Positions 35,240-45,544 of a stretch of 64,000 bases of DNA are shown here, one piece after another. The translations under genes and the position numbers were made by a program. A model generated the notes under the pieces. The model worked only from the letters and a program-made list of their open reading frames with translations. It was not told the DNA's origin and made no database searches. Source of the DNA: a candidate division FCPU426 bacterium. Its GTDB lineage: Bacteria; Oederibacteriota; JAAXVQ01; JAUVAV01. Within the stretch, counting starts at the first letter, position 1. Each line of letters starts with the position of its first letter. The DNA lies in NCBI GenBank assembly GCA_040756875.1, contig JBFLYH010000002.1:62426-126425 (forward strand), in the 5' to 3' direction.

Positions 35240-35470
35240 ATTAATATGGATAATCCCCGAAAAAAGAGATGGATAATTACTATGACTATAACATATTTTA
35301 ACCACCAATTCTAATGCTGTTCCGTTTTTTTTAAATAAAAATAAGGTTAAAGTTGGTATTGTTCTATTATAGAACGTTTTTTATTATTGATTTATATAAG
35401 GAAAACTGATTTTTCCCAAAATATCTGCCAATGTGATAAACAAGGAGAAAATTTCCTAATGATATGACTA
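35240..35470 (-). promoter_or_regulatory. AT-rich upstream region of the giant gene (probable promoter)
   Basis: Sharp AT enrichment; minus-strand TATAAT at 35366-35371 inside palindrome GTTCTATTATAGAAC; no convincing -35. Confidence 0.45.
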
Positions 35471-35481
35471 AATCAGCGGGA

Positions 35482-36588
35482 TCAAACTTTGAGGAACCAG
35501 CGTTTCAGCATTTCCAGCCACTCGTGCATGCGTTGGGGATCAAGGCCAGCGCCTTTCAGGCTCTCGGCCATGATTTCGGCATTTTGCAGGGTTTCGAACA
35601 AACCCCGGTCAGGAATGACGAGCATGCCGCTGGTTTCGACATACCCGGCTTTCACTTTGTTGTTGATGATCGCCTCGTTGCCGCGGGGGAAAACCGCCTC
35701 CACCCATTCGCCCGCGGAATTCCGCCACGCCAGGCTGTTGTAGATCAGGCCCGACATCCGGCACGAGTGCAACACGACCTGCTGCTGCCGCAGCAGAGCC
35801 GACAGGCTGGTCGCGCGGAGCAGGATTCCCGGCCAGGGATAAACAGCGTCCAGCACTTCCAGGCGCACGCCGTGGCCGTCGGTCCAGGCGTCGGCCGCGG
35901 CCAGTCCGCCGGCCGCTTCCAGGCGCACCAGGGGCAGGAACCGTTTGGGCACGGCCTGGGTGTGGAAATGATCCACCGAAGCGCCGGCCCCGCGGTCGTT
36001 GTAGCCCACGGCATACTCCAGGGGGAACAGGCTGCCGCACAGTTCCTGCGTGTCCGCCAGATGGCTGGCGGTCGCGACCTGGGGATAATGCTGCCGGGTG
36101 TCCGGGTCCGCGTCCAGGGAGGCGATGATGAAATGGTCGGGTACAATGGGCGCCGGCTGCACCAGCACCCCGTAATGGCGGCCGCTGGCCGCGGTCCAAA
36201 CCAGGTAGTGCTCGTTTTCAGGAAAACTCTCCCAGGCCAGAAAATCCGGTTTGGCTCCGGCCGCCGGGGCCGGGCGCTGGCCTTCGGCGTGGCGGTTGGC
36301 CGGATCGCGGAAGGGATTGTACAGGGCCACGAGCGGCGACGGCGGGAAGGATTTGACCACGATGCTCGCGTCCCAGGGATCGTATTTCACGAAATGCGCG
36401 GCCCGGGAGTAGCGCAGCAGGGCCTCCAGCCAGACGGCCAGGGGCAGTCCGGAATCCGCAACGGACTGCAGGCGCAGATCCAGGGCGCGGTGTTCTCGGA
36501 TCAGGGATTCCGCGAGCTTGAGATGGTCCGGATCAGCCGGAGGGAAGGTGGCGCGGGAGGCGAACTCGGAAAGGGTCTGTGTCGTCAT
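35482..36588 (-). CDS. HIT-superfamily nucleotidyltransferase (GDP-hexose phosphorylase/Ap4A phosphorylase-like)
   Basis: YNPFR, APIVPDHF, GYN..GAGASVDHFHTQ (HxHxQ); likely start MTTQTL at 36588. Confidence 0.7.
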   Translation of the reverse strand: MTTQTLSEFASRATFPPADPDHLKLAESLIREHRALDLRLQSVADSGLPLAVWLEALLRYSRAAHFVKYDPWDASIVVKSFPPSPLVALYNPFRDPANRHAEGQRPAPAAGAKPDFLAWESFPENEHYLVWTAASGRHYGVLVQPAPIVPDHFIIASLDADPDTRQHYPQVATASHLADTQELCGSLFPLEYAVGYNDRGAGASVDHFHTQAVPKRFLPLVRLEAAGGLAAADAWTDGHGVRLEVLDAVYPWPGILLRATSLSALLRQQQVVLHSCRMSGLIYNSLAWRNSAGEWVEAVFPRGNEAIINNKVKAGYVETSGMLVIPDRGLFETLQNAEIMAESLKGAGLDPQRMHEWLEMLKRWFLKV

Positions 36589-36634
36589 GGATCCATTATC
36601 CGCAGAGGAGGCGGCAGGGGCAAGAAAAAACGCT

Positions 36635-37426
36635 TCAGTCCCCGGATTTTCTTCCAAAAACGATTTTTTCCAAATACAAGCCGCAGGCCGGAGCGGTCGG
36701 GCCCGCTTGAGCACGGTCGCGGCCGCGAAGAATGCGCGGAATGTCCGCGGGCTTGAAACGCCCTTGGCCCACCCACACCAATGTCCCGGCCAGCGCGCGG
36801 ACCATCTTATATAGGAAGGCGTCGGCTGTGAATGTAAAGGTCAGCAGCGGCCCCCGGCGCTGCACGCCTGCCTGCAGCAGGGTGCGGACCGGGTGCCGGG
36901 CTTCGCAGCCCGCGGCGCGGAAAGCGGAAAAATCGCGGCGTCCGAGCAGATGGCGGGCGGCCCGGCGCATGGCGTCCAGATCAAGCGGCTGGGCGACCTG
37001 CCAGGCGCGGCCGATCCAGAGCGGCGAAAACACCGGACGGTTGAAAACGAGATAGCGGTAGGTTTTGCGGCGGGCGCGCTGCCGGGGATCCCAGCCCGCG
37101 GGCACGCGGCGGCAGGCGACGACCCTGGCGGCCGGGGGCAAAGCGCTGTTGAGCGCGGCCGTCAGCCTCGCCGGAGGCAGGGCGTGCGCCAGTTCGAAGA
37201 CCGCGACCTGGCCGCGGGCGTGCACTCCGGAATCCGTGCGGCTGGCGCCGGCCACGCGGCGTTCTTCTTTGAACAGGCGCTTGAGCGCCCGCTCCAGAAC
37301 CGCCTGCACGGTCTCGGCGTTGGGCTGGAGCTGAAAACCCGCGAAGGCCGCCCCGTCGTATTCGAGCGTGACCGCGAAACGCCGGGTCAGGGCAGGGGCT
37401 GCGGACTTCGGATGACGTTGCATCAT
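36635..37426 (-). CDS. truA: tRNA pseudouridine(38-40) synthase
   Basis: YDGAAFAGFQ, ASRTDSGVHA, DFSAF, FLYKMVR, TAPACGL. Confidence 0.96.
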   Translation of the reverse strand: MMQRHPKSAAPALTRRFAVTLEYDGAAFAGFQLQPNAETVQAVLERALKRLFKEERRVAGASRTDSGVHARGQVAVFELAHALPPARLTAALNSALPPAARVVACRRVPAGWDPRQRARRKTYRYLVFNRPVFSPLWIGRAWQVAQPLDLDAMRRAARHLLGRRDFSAFRAAGCEARHPVRTLLQAGVQRRGPLLTFTFTADAFLYKMVRALAGTLVWVGQGRFKPADIPRILRGRDRAQAGPTAPACGLYLEKIVFGRKSGD

Positions 37427-37444
37427 GGACCCCCCAAAACAAAG

Positions 37445-37472
37445 ATAGGGGCGTTCAAGTGAACGCCCCTAT
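37445..37472. repeat. REP-like palindrome/hairpin between asd and truA
   Basis: ATAGGGGCGTTC-AAGT-GAACGCCCCTAT, perfect 12-bp stem. Confidence 0.6.
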
Positions 37473-37495
37473 TTGCGGCCAACGCCGGCCTTCAA

Positions 37496-38509
37496 TTACA
37501 CCTTTCCTTGGACCAGGATCTCCGCGATCTGGACCGCGTTGGTGGCCGCGCCCTTGCGCAGCTGGTCGCCGACCACCCACAGGGCCAGCCCGCTGGGATG
37601 GGAGATGTCCTCCCGGATGCGGCCGACCCACACCTCGTCCTGGCCCGAGGTCTCCAAGGGCATGGGATACCGCTGGTGGGCCGGATCATCCACCACCCGG
37701 ACGCCCGGCGCCTGGCCAAGAATCCGCCGCGCCTCCTGGGCCGAGAGCTTTTTCTCGGTCTCGATCTGGATGGTCTCCGAGTGGCTGGTGAACACCGGCA
37801 CCCGCACGGTGGTGGCCGACACCTGGATCGAATCGTCATGCAGCATCTTGCGGGTCTCGTTCACCATCTTCATCTCTTCCTTGGTGTAGCCGTTCTCCAT
37901 GAACACGTCGATCTGGGGCAGCACGTTGAACGCGATCTGGTAGGGATACACCTGCCGCGTAACGGCTTCTCCCCTGGCCCACTGCCGCACCTGCTGGTCC
38001 AATTCGGCGATAGCCTTGGCGCCCGTGCCCGAGACCGCCTGATAGGTGCTGGCCACGATGCGTTTGACCTTGGCAGCCCGGTGCAGGGGGTTGACAGCCA
38101 CCAGCATGATGATGGTGGAGCAGTTGGGATTGGCGATGATGCCGCGGTGCTTGAAAATGTCCTCCGGGTTCACTTCGGGCACCACCAGCGGCACCTCGGA
38201 TTCCATCCGGAAGGCGCTGGTGTTGTCCACCACCACCGCGCCGGCCTCCACCGCGTGCTTGGCGAACTGCCGCGAGACCGAGGCGCCGGCCGAAGCCAGC
38301 ACCAAGTCCAGGCCGCGGAACGACTGCTCGGTCAGTTCCTGCACCGGCAATTGCTCCCGCATGAAGGGAACGGTTTTACCGAGCGACCGCGCCGAAGCCA
38401 GCGGACGCACCTCGGCCACCGGAAACTTGCGTTCCTCCAGCACTTGCAGCATCAGGGTGCCGACCGCGCCGGTGGCACCCATCACGCCGACTCGATATTG
38501 TTTGCTCAT
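37496..38509 (-). CDS. asd: Aspartate-semialdehyde dehydrogenase
   Basis: GATGAVG, DNTSAFRM, NPNCST, TYQAVSGTG, QLRKGAA. Confidence 0.97.
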   Translation of the reverse strand: MSKQYRVGVMGATGAVGTLMLQVLEERKFPVAEVRPLASARSLGKTVPFMREQLPVQELTEQSFRGLDLVLASAGASVSRQFAKHAVEAGAVVVDNTSAFRMESEVPLVVPEVNPEDIFKHRGIIANPNCSTIIMLVAVNPLHRAAKVKRIVASTYQAVSGTGAKAIAELDQQVRQWARGEAVTRQVYPYQIAFNVLPQIDVFMENGYTKEEMKMVNETRKMLHDDSIQVSATTVRVPVFTSHSETIQIETEKKLSAQEARRILGQAPGVRVVDDPAHQRYPMPLETSGQDEVWVGRIREDISHPSGLALWVVGDQLRKGAATNAVQIAEILVQGKV

Positions 38510-38583
38510 GGCTTTATCCTTTTTTATTTTATTCGGACCGGCCCGACCCGTCGGACAAGTCTGACCGGTCAAAGGCTTTTACT

Positions 38584-39645
38584 TTAAACCAAACTCGCCA
38601 CCAAGTCGCCGACTTCCTCGGTGTTCAGACCCATGCGGCCGGCAGCCAGGGACTTGATCCTGCCCGACTCCAGGGCCTTGACCACCGCGCCTTCGACCGC
38701 ATCGGCCGCCCGGGTTTCGCCCAGGTGGGCCAGCAGCATGGCCCCGGCGTTGATCGCAGCCAGCGGATTGATCTTCTTCTGGCCGGTGTATTTGGGCGCC
38801 GAGCCGCCGATGGGCTCGAACATCGAAATCCCCTCGGGATTGATGTTGCCGCCCGCGGCGATCCCCATGCCGCCCTGGATCATGGCCCCCAGGTCCGTGA
38901 TGATGTCGCCGAACAGGTTCTCAGTGACCACGGTCTCGAACCACTCCGGGTTCTTGACCATCCACATGGTGGTCGCGTCCACGTGCGCGTAGTCGCGCGC
39001 CACCTCCGGGAACTCCTTCTGCCCCATCTCGTGGAAGGCCCGGAACCACAGGTCGCCGGTCTCAGTCAGCACGTTCATCTTGTGCACGAGCGTCAGTTTC
39101 TTTTCCGGCCGCTTCTGCGCCCGCTTGAAGGCATAGCGCAGGCAGCGGTCCACCTCGGCCCGGGAATAGGTCATGACCTGGGTGGCGTACTCCAGGGGCG
39201 ACCCCTTGTGCGCTGAACCGCCCACGCCGGTGTAAATCCCGCCGCAGTTTTCGCGGATGATGTCGAAATCAATGTCCTGCGGCCCTTTGTCCTTGAGCGG
39301 CGTCTCGACGTTGGGATAGAGCTTGACCGGCCGCAGGTTGATGTACTGGTCGAAGTGGAAGCGCAGGCGCAGCAGGATGCCGCCCTCCAGGGGCCCGGGT
39401 TTCACGTCCGGGTGCCCGATGGCGCCCAGGTAGATGGCCTGCACGCCCGCAAGCTCGGCCAGCACGGAATCCGGCACCAGCTCGCCCGTACGCAGATAGC
39501 GGGCGCCGCCCAGGTCGTACGTCGTGGTGTCGTAGGACAGGCCGAACTTTTTCCCCGCGGCCGCGAGCACCTTCAGGCCCTCGGCGATCACCTCGGGCCC
39601 GGTGCCGTCGCCGGGAATGATTGCGATCTTGTAGGTTTTGCTCAT
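38584..39645 (-). CDS. leuB: 3-isopropylmalate dehydrogenase
   Basis: PGDGTGPEV, NLRPV, NLFGDIITD, FEPIGGSAP; leu cluster context. Confidence 0.9.
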   Translation of the reverse strand: MSKTYKIAIIPGDGTGPEVIAEGLKVLAAAGKKFGLSYDTTTYDLGGARYLRTGELVPDSVLAELAGVQAIYLGAIGHPDVKPGPLEGGILLRLRFHFDQYINLRPVKLYPNVETPLKDKGPQDIDFDIIRENCGGIYTGVGGSAHKGSPLEYATQVMTYSRAEVDRCLRYAFKRAQKRPEKKLTLVHKMNVLTETGDLWFRAFHEMGQKEFPEVARDYAHVDATTMWMVKNPEWFETVVTENLFGDIITDLGAMIQGGMGIAAGGNINPEGISMFEPIGGSAPKYTGQKKINPLAAINAGAMLLAHLGETRAADAVEGAVVKALESGRIKSLAAGRMGLNTEEVGDLVASLV

Positions 39646-39717
39646 GGGTTGCTCCTCCGGTCTTTTTCCGGTCTGACCTGTCAGACGCGTCGGACTGGTC
39701 GGACCTTTCGAATGATT

Positions 39718-40209
39718 TTACTGAATTTGTTTCTTCATGTACTCCATCAGCCCGCCAGCCGCCACCAGCTCCTGCATGAACGGCGGGATGGGTGCGGCCT
39801 GATGCTGCCTGCCCGTGGTCAGGTTCGTGATCCGCCCGGTGTCCGCGTCCACCTCCAGCTCCTGCCCGCTCTGCGCCTCAGCTGCGGCGGCCGGGCATTC
39901 CAGGATCGGCAGCCCGATGTTGAAGGCGTTGCGGTAGAAAATCCGCGCGAAGCTTTCAGCCACCACGCAGGCCACGCCGGCGCCCTTGATCGCCAGCGGG
40001 GCGTGCTCGCGGGACGACCCGCAACCGAAATTTTTGCCCGCTACCAGGACGTCTCCGGGCTTCACCCGGCCTGCAAAACCGGCATCCGCGTCTTCCATGA
40101 CGTGGGCGGCCAGGGTCCTGGCGTCGCAGGTGTTGAGGTAACGGGCCGGAATGATCTCGTCCGTGTTCACATCATGGCCGAACTTGTGCACTTTTCCCCG
40201 AAATTTCAT
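39718..40209 (-). CDS. leuD: 3-isopropylmalate dehydratase small subunit (type 2)
   Basis: [35 protein letters not shown] overlaps leuC stop. Confidence 0.93.
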   Translation of the reverse strand: MKFRGKVHKFGHDVNTDEIIPARYLNTCDARTLAAHVMEDADAGFAGRVKPGDVLVAGKNFGCGSSREHAPLAIKGAGVACVVAESFARIFYRNAFNIGLPILECPAAAAEAQSGQELEVDADTGRITNLTTGRQHQAAPIPPFMQELVAAGGLMEYMKKQIQ

Positions 40210-41504
40210 TTTTTCACCCCCCGGGCCCAGTCCGCCCCCCGCACTTCGCGTGGCGCGGCGATGCGGCCCTTGATGGCCGAGGCCGCCGCCACGCCAGGCG
40301 AGGCCAGATACACTTCGCTCTCCGTGTGGCCCATGCGGCCCACGAAATTGCGGTTGGTGGTGGACACCGCCCGCTCGCCCTTGGCCAGGATGCCCATGTG
40401 CCCGCCCAGGCACGGCCCGCAGGTCGGCGGCGAAATGACGCAGCCGGCCGCGGTCAGCACGTCCAAAAGGCCCTCGTGCAGCGCCTGGCGCCAGATGGTC
40501 GGCGTGGCCGGAAAGACGATCGTCCGCACGCGCGGACTCACCCGCCGGCCGCGCAGGACCTTGGCCGCTTCGCGCAGGTCCTCGATGCGGCCGTTGGTGC
40601 AGGAGCCGATCACCACCTGGTCGATCACGATCTCGCGCGCCTTGGACACGGGCACTACGTTGGACGGCAGATGGGGCTTGGCCACCACGGGCTCCAGCTT
40701 GCTGACGTCGAACGTTTCCACGCGCTCGTATTCCGCGCCCGGGTCCGAGGCGTAGTAGCGCGGGGTGAAGCGGGCCCGGCTCGTGACATATTTCCGCGTG
40801 GCCGCGTCCGGCGCGACAATGCCGGTCTTGGCGCCGGCTTCGATGGCCATGTTGCACATAGTCAGGCGCCCCTCGACCGACAGGGCGCGGATCACCGGGC
40901 CGGTCAGTTCCAGGGCGCGGTAATTGGCGCCGTCCACGCCCAGGCGCGCGATCGCCAGCAGGATCAGGTCCTTGGCCCCCACGTCCCGGGGCAGACGGCC
41001 GGTGAACTCCAGTTTGATGGTCTGCGGCACCTTGAACCACGCCTTGCCTGTCAGCATGGCCGCGGCCAGGTCCGTGGAACCCACGCCCGTGGCAAAGGCG
41101 CCCAGGGCGCCGTAGGTGCAGGTGTGCGAGTCCGCGCCGATGATGAGCTGGCCGGGCACGACCACGCCCTGTTCGGGCAGCAGCGCGTGCTCGATACCGC
41201 ATTCGCCCTGGTCCCAGTAATGCTCCAGCTTGTGCTTGCGGGCGAATTCGCGCAGGACCTTCGCCTGTTCGGCCGAAAGGATGTCCTTGTTGGGCGTGAA
41301 ATGGTCCGGCACCAGGGCCACCCGTCGGCGGTCGAACACGCGCTGGCCACCCGCAGCCTCGAAGGTTTTGATGGCCAGGGGCGCGGTGATGTCGTTGCCC
41401 AGGCACAAGTCCACCTTGGCCAGGATCAATTCCCCGGGCGCCACGGACTTGCGTCCGCTGGCCCGCGCCAGAATTTTTTCACCGATGGTCATGGGTCGGG
41501 ACAT
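40206..41504 (-). CDS. leuC: 3-isopropylmalate dehydratase large subunit (type 2)
   Basis: GADSHTCT, GSCTNGR, CGPCLG, TTNRNFVGRMG. Confidence 0.93.
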   Translation of the reverse strand: MSRPMTIGEKILARASGRKSVAPGELILAKVDLCLGNDITAPLAIKTFEAAGGQRVFDRRRVALVPDHFTPNKDILSAEQAKVLREFARKHKLEHYWDQGECGIEHALLPEQGVVVPGQLIIGADSHTCTYGALGAFATGVGSTDLAAAMLTGKAWFKVPQTIKLEFTGRLPRDVGAKDLILLAIARLGVDGANYRALELTGPVIRALSVEGRLTMCNMAIEAGAKTGIVAPDAATRKYVTSRARFTPRYYASDPGAEYERVETFDVSKLEPVVAKPHLPSNVVPVSKAREIVIDQVVIGSCTNGRIEDLREAAKVLRGRRVSPRVRTIVFPATPTIWRQALHEGLLDVLTAAGCVISPPTCGPCLGGHMGILAKGERAVSTTNRNFVGRMGHTESEVYLASPGVAAASAIKGRIAAPREVRGADWARGVKK

Positions 41505-41539
41505 GTTGACCACTCCTCTCCAGGGCCCCCGTTTGGGGG

Positions 41540-42112
41540 CTATTTCCGGCCCAGCATTCTTTTGGGCGGCGTGATCACCCAAAAAGCCTGCAGGTTCTTT
41601 TTGCCCACGTTCCGCAGCTGGTGCGGCACGTCCGCGGCGAACGAAATGCTGTCGCCCTCCTGCAGCCGGTACACTTGGTTGCCCACCTGGCATTCGGCCG
41701 TGCCCTTGATGATGACGCCCAGCTCCTTGCCGATATGCCCGTAATACTCGTCCCCGCTTTTCCCGCCGGGCGGCACTTCCAAAAAATAAGCTTCCATCGC
41801 GTGCTCTTCGGTCGACGCCGCGGTGTGGGAAAGCTGCTCGTAGACCACCCCGCCCAGCAGCGTGCGCTTGCGGTCCTTGGCCCTGACCAAATTCACGGCC
41901 CGGTCTTTTTTAAAATCCCGGAACAGGTAGTCCAGGTCCATGTCCAGGATGTCCGCGATCTTCAGCAGCGTGTCGATCGCCGGGGAAATTCGGTTGCGTT
42001 CGATCTGCGAAATCAGGCTTTGGGAAACACCCGCTTGTTCGGCGACTTCGCGGATGGTCTTTTGCCGGCGTTCCCTGACTTCCCTGATTTTGTCCCCGAA
42101 TTGGAATTTCAT
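41540..42112 (-). CDS. XRE-family transcriptional regulator with cupin domain
   Basis: HTH VAEQAGVSQSLISQIER; cupin GHIGKELG...GDSISF...PH. Confidence 0.93.
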   Translation of the reverse strand: MKFQFGDKIREVRERRQKTIREVAEQAGVSQSLISQIERNRISPAIDTLLKIADILDMDLDYLFRDFKKDRAVNLVRAKDRKRTLLGGVVYEQLSHTAASTEEHAMEAYFLEVPPGGKSGDEYYGHIGKELGVIIKGTAECQVGNQVYRLQEGDSISFAADVPHQLRNVGKKNLQAFWVITPPKRMLGRK

Positions 42113-42120
42113 CCCCGCAA

Positions 42121-42178
42121 CCCCGACATTAATTATACTGAATATGTTTAAGTATAATTAAAGTCGGGGTTTTGTCAA
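42121..42178 (-). promoter_or_regulatory. Internal sigma70 promoter overlapped by a palindromic operator
   Basis: TTGACA (42178-42173), 16 nt, TATACT; inverted repeat AATTATACT-N11-AGTATAATT flanked by CCCCGAC/GTCGGGG. Confidence 0.7.
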
Positions 42179-42195
42179 GCGCTTTTTGGGGGCGA

Positions 42196-43752
42196 TTACG
42201 AACGGGAGGGGGTTTTGCCCTTTTTCTTCGCAGGACCCCGGTTCGTGGTCAGGGTGGCCAGCCGGTTCAAGGCGTTGACGTACGCCTTGGCCGAAGCCAC
42301 GATGATGTCCGTGTGCGCGCCCCGGCCGGTCACGGTTTGCCCCTGCTCGGCGAGCTGCACCACCACCTCGCCCTGGGCGTCCGTGCCGCCGGTAATGGCC
42401 TTCAGGGAATATCCCAGCAGTTTGTGCTGCCGGCCCAGCAGGCCGTCGATGGTTTGGTAAACGGCGTCCACCGGCCCGTCGCCCGTGCCGCTGCCTTCCA
42501 GGAGCTCCCCGCCCCGGCGCAGGCGCACGGCCGCGGTGGGCAGCATGCCGCTGCCCGACGTGGCCTGGACGTGTTCCAGCACGTAGTATTCCTTCGGCGC
42601 GCCCGCCGCCTCCTCCAGGAGGGCCAGCAGGTCTTCGTCGTACACTTCCTTCTTCCGGTCCGCCAGTTCCTTGAAGCGCTCGAAGAAGGCGGGTTGCTTG
42701 GCTTCTGGCAGGGCGTACCCCAGGTCTTGCACACGTTTGAACAGCGCGTGCCGGCCGCTGTGCTTGCCCAGCACCAACCGGTTTTCCTTGAGGCCGATGT
42801 CCTTGGCGTCCATGATCTCGTAGGTCAGGCGGTTCTTGAGAATCCCGTCCTGGTGGATGCCCGACTCATGCTGGAAGGCGTTGGCGCCGACGATCGCTTT
42901 GTTCGGCTGCACCACGATGCCCGTGGCCAGGGAAACCAGGCGGGAGACCCGCGCGATTTCGCGCGTCTGGATGTTGGTCCGCGCGCCGTAGTAGGCCGCG
43001 CGCGTCTTCAGGCCCATCACGATCTCTTCCAGGGCCGCGTTCCCCGCCCGCTCGCCCAGGCCGTTGACCGTGCATTCCACCTGCCGCGCCCCGGCCCGGA
43101 CCGCGGCCAGCGAATTGGCCGTGGCCAGGCCCAGGTCATTGTGGCAGTGGACGGCCAGGGTCACTCGTTTGAGCGCCGGAACCGCCGCCTGCAGCTCGTG
43201 CAGCATTCGTTCGTACTCCGCGGGCGTGATATAGCCCACGGTGTCCGGAATGTTGACCGTGCCGGCGCCGGCCGCGATCACGGCCCCGGTCACTTTGGCC
43301 AGAAAATCGGGATCGCTCCGGGTTGCATCTTCGGCAGAAAACTCCACGTCCCGGCACAGCGACCGCGCGTACTTGGTCATGTCGGTCGCGAGCTTCAGCA
43401 CCTCGTCCGGCGTCTTGTTCAGTTTGTGCTTCATGTGCAGGGGAGAAGTGGAGATGAACAGGTGGATCCGCGGATGGGCCGCGCCGCGCACAGCCTGCCA
43501 CACCGCGTCGATGTCCGCCTTGGCGCAGCGCGCCAGTCCGGCCACGGCCGGCTTGCGCACGGCCTTGGCCACGTCCCTCACCGCGGCAAAATCCCCGGGC
43601 GACGAAATCGGAAAGCCGGCCTCGATTACGTCCACGCCCAGATCCTGGAGCGCGCGGGCCACCTCGACTTTCTGCTTGGCATCCAGGCTGGCGCCGGGCG
43701 CTTGCTCGCCGTCGCGCAGCGTGGTGTCGAAAATTTTTACGATCTCAGGCAT
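42196..43752 (-). CDS. leuA: 2-isopropylmalate synthase
   Basis: [33 protein letters not shown]-terminal GDGPVDA regulatory domain. Confidence 0.96.
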   Translation of the reverse strand: MPEIVKIFDTTLRDGEQAPGASLDAKQKVEVARALQDLGVDVIEAGFPISSPGDFAAVRDVAKAVRKPAVAGLARCAKADIDAVWQAVRGAAHPRIHLFISTSPLHMKHKLNKTPDEVLKLATDMTKYARSLCRDVEFSAEDATRSDPDFLAKVTGAVIAAGAGTVNIPDTVGYITPAEYERMLHELQAAVPALKRVTLAVHCHNDLGLATANSLAAVRAGARQVECTVNGLGERAGNAALEEIVMGLKTRAAYYGARTNIQTREIARVSRLVSLATGIVVQPNKAIVGANAFQHESGIHQDGILKNRLTYEIMDAKDIGLKENRLVLGKHSGRHALFKRVQDLGYALPEAKQPAFFERFKELADRKKEVYDEDLLALLEEAAGAPKEYYVLEHVQATSGSGMLPTAAVRLRRGGELLEGSGTGDGPVDAVYQTIDGLLGRQHKLLGYSLKAITGGTDAQGEVVVQLAEQGQTVTGRGAHTDIIVASAKAYVNALNRLATLTTNRGPAKKKGKTPSRS

Positions 43753-44476
43753 GGACCTTTCCTCCTTTCGCCGCTCCCCAGGGAGCCAGCAGAATGTAGG
43801 CGCCGCCACCTGCCAGCAGCAGCGCCGCCGCCCACCGCGACAGCGGGGGCCCTGCAAAAACCGAGGCCGCCAGTCCGGCCAAAACCAGCAAAATGACCGG
43901 CCGTTCGGCCGGGTTGGGATACGGGATCGGGCTGACCGTGAGAAACGTCAAACCCAGGGCCGCCGCGGCCAGGACCAGCCGGTGTGCCACGCCCACGGTT
44001 TCCGGCGGCAGCACCTGCGCCACGGCCGCGATGAAGCCGGCGGTCACGGTCAGCGGCAGGCCGATGAATCCGCGCCGGGCCCCTCTGGGGTTGAACAGCT
44101 TGTACAGGGACAAGCGGATCGTGGCGCCGAACACCACGGCGAACACGGTCAGGAGCCCCAGCAATCCCCAGCCGCGGAAAGCCAGCTGGTGCAGCAGCAG
44201 CGCCGGCACCACGGCGAAGCAAAACACGTCGCCCAGGGTCGAGAATTCATGCTCCAGGCTGCTGGGTCCCGGCCAATACCGCCGCAGAGCGTACTCCCAG
44301 CCGGACACCACCGTCGCGGCCAGCACGAGCCGTCCGGCAAAACCCAGGGCGCCGGACAGCACGGCCATAAGCGCCGCGAAAGCGGTGCCGAAAACGACCG
44401 CCATGAAGGCATACGGCGCCCACACACGCCAGGAAGGGAGCGGCCGGGGCCGGATGCCCCCCTTCACTGCGGCCAC
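43745..44476 (-). CDS. PssA-like CDP-alcohol phosphatidyltransferase homologue with degenerate motif
   Basis: Multi-TM; LGDVFCFAVVP, IRLS..., FIGLP, VSPIPY match PssA; sits between ilvC and leuA. Confidence 0.7.
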   Translation of the reverse strand: MAAVKGGIRPRPLPSWRVWAPYAFMAVVFGTAFAALMAVLSGALGFAGRLVLAATVVSGWEYALRRYWPGPSSLEHEFSTLGDVFCFAVVPALLLHQLAFRGWGLLGLLTVFAVVFGATIRLSLYKLFNPRGARRGFIGLPLTVTAGFIAAVAQVLPPETVGVAHRLVLAAAALGLTFLTVSPIPYPNPAERPVILLVLAGLAASVFAGPPLSRWAAALLLAGGGAYILLAPWGAAKGGKVHA

Positions 44477-44525
44477 TGGATGGCTCCCGTAGAAACAGCG
44501 GAGGAGTGCGGGGTCTCGGAATGCA

Positions 44526-45521
44526 TTACTTTTTGCCGATCCACCCCATCATGCTCCGCAGCTTCTTCCCGATCTTCTCGATGGGATGCTCGGCCTCCTG
44601 CTTGAGAATGGCGTTGTACATGGGCCGGCCGGCTTTGTTTTCCAGGATCCATTCCCGCGCGAAAGCCCCGCTCTGGATCTCCTTGAGGATGGTCTTCATT
44701 TCGCGCCGCGTCTCGTCGGTGACGATGCGCTTGCCGCGGGTGATGTCGCCGTACTTGGCGGTCTCCGAAATGCTGGCGCGCATGCCTGCAATGCCGCCTT
44801 CGTACATCAGGTCAATGATCAGCTTCAGTTCGTGCAGGCATTCGTAGTAGGCGTTTTCCGGCTGATATCCGGCTTCCACCAGGGTCTCGTAGCCGGCCTT
44901 GACCAGCTCGGTCAGGCCGCCGCACAGCACCACCTGCTCGCCGAACAGGTCGGTCTCGGTTTCATCCCGGAAGGTGGTTTCCATGACTCCGCCGCGCGTG
45001 CAGCCGATGCCCTTGGCGTAGGCCAGCGCCACTTCCAGCGCGTGTCCGCTCGCATCCTGCTCCACCGCGACCAGGCCGGGCACGCCGCCGCCCTCGGTGA
45101 AGACCCGGCGCACCATATGCCCCGGCCCCTTGGGCGCCACCATGAAGATATCCACGTTGGCGGGCGGGACGATCTGGTGGTAATGGATGTTGAACCCGTG
45201 GGCAAAGCCCAGGGCGTTGCCTTTCTTGAGGTTGGGGCGGATCGCCTCCTCGTACACCTGCGGCTGCAGCGGATCCGGCACCAGCATCATCATCACGTCC
45301 GCGGCCTTGCAGGCCTCGGCCGCGGTCATGACCTTGAGCCCGCTCTTTTCGGCCACGGCCCAGGCTTTGGAATCCTTGACCTCGCCCACCACCACGTTGA
45401 TCTTGGAATCCTTGAGGTTCAGCGCATGGGCGTGCCCCTGGCTGCCGTAGCCCAAAATGGCGACGGTTTTGTTCTTGATGATCTTCAAATCCGCTTCCTT
45501 TTCGAAATACATCTTGGCCAT
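44526..45521 (-). CDS. ilvC: Ketol-acid reductoisomerase
   Basis: [28 protein letters not shown]. Confidence 0.97.
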   Translation of the reverse strand: MAKMYFEKEADLKIIKNKTVAILGYGSQGHAHALNLKDSKINVVVGEVKDSKAWAVAEKSGLKVMTAAEACKAADVMMMLVPDPLQPQVYEEAIRPNLKKGNALGFAHGFNIHYHQIVPPANVDIFMVAPKGPGHMVRRVFTEGGGVPGLVAVEQDASGHALEVALAYAKGIGCTRGGVMETTFRDETETDLFGEQVVLCGGLTELVKAGYETLVEAGYQPENAYYECLHELKLIIDLMYEGGIAGMRASISETAKYGDITRGKRIVTDETRREMKTILKEIQSGAFAREWILENKAGRPMYNAILKQEAEHPIEKIGKKLRSMMGWIGKK

Positions 45522-45544
45522 CTGTGTGTCCCCCTAAGTTTGGA

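Noticed and set aside
39718-41406. 562-aa ORF ending in LeuD, suggesting a fusion
   Set aside because: The N-terminal part is an off-frame overlap of leuC; LeuD starts at 40209.
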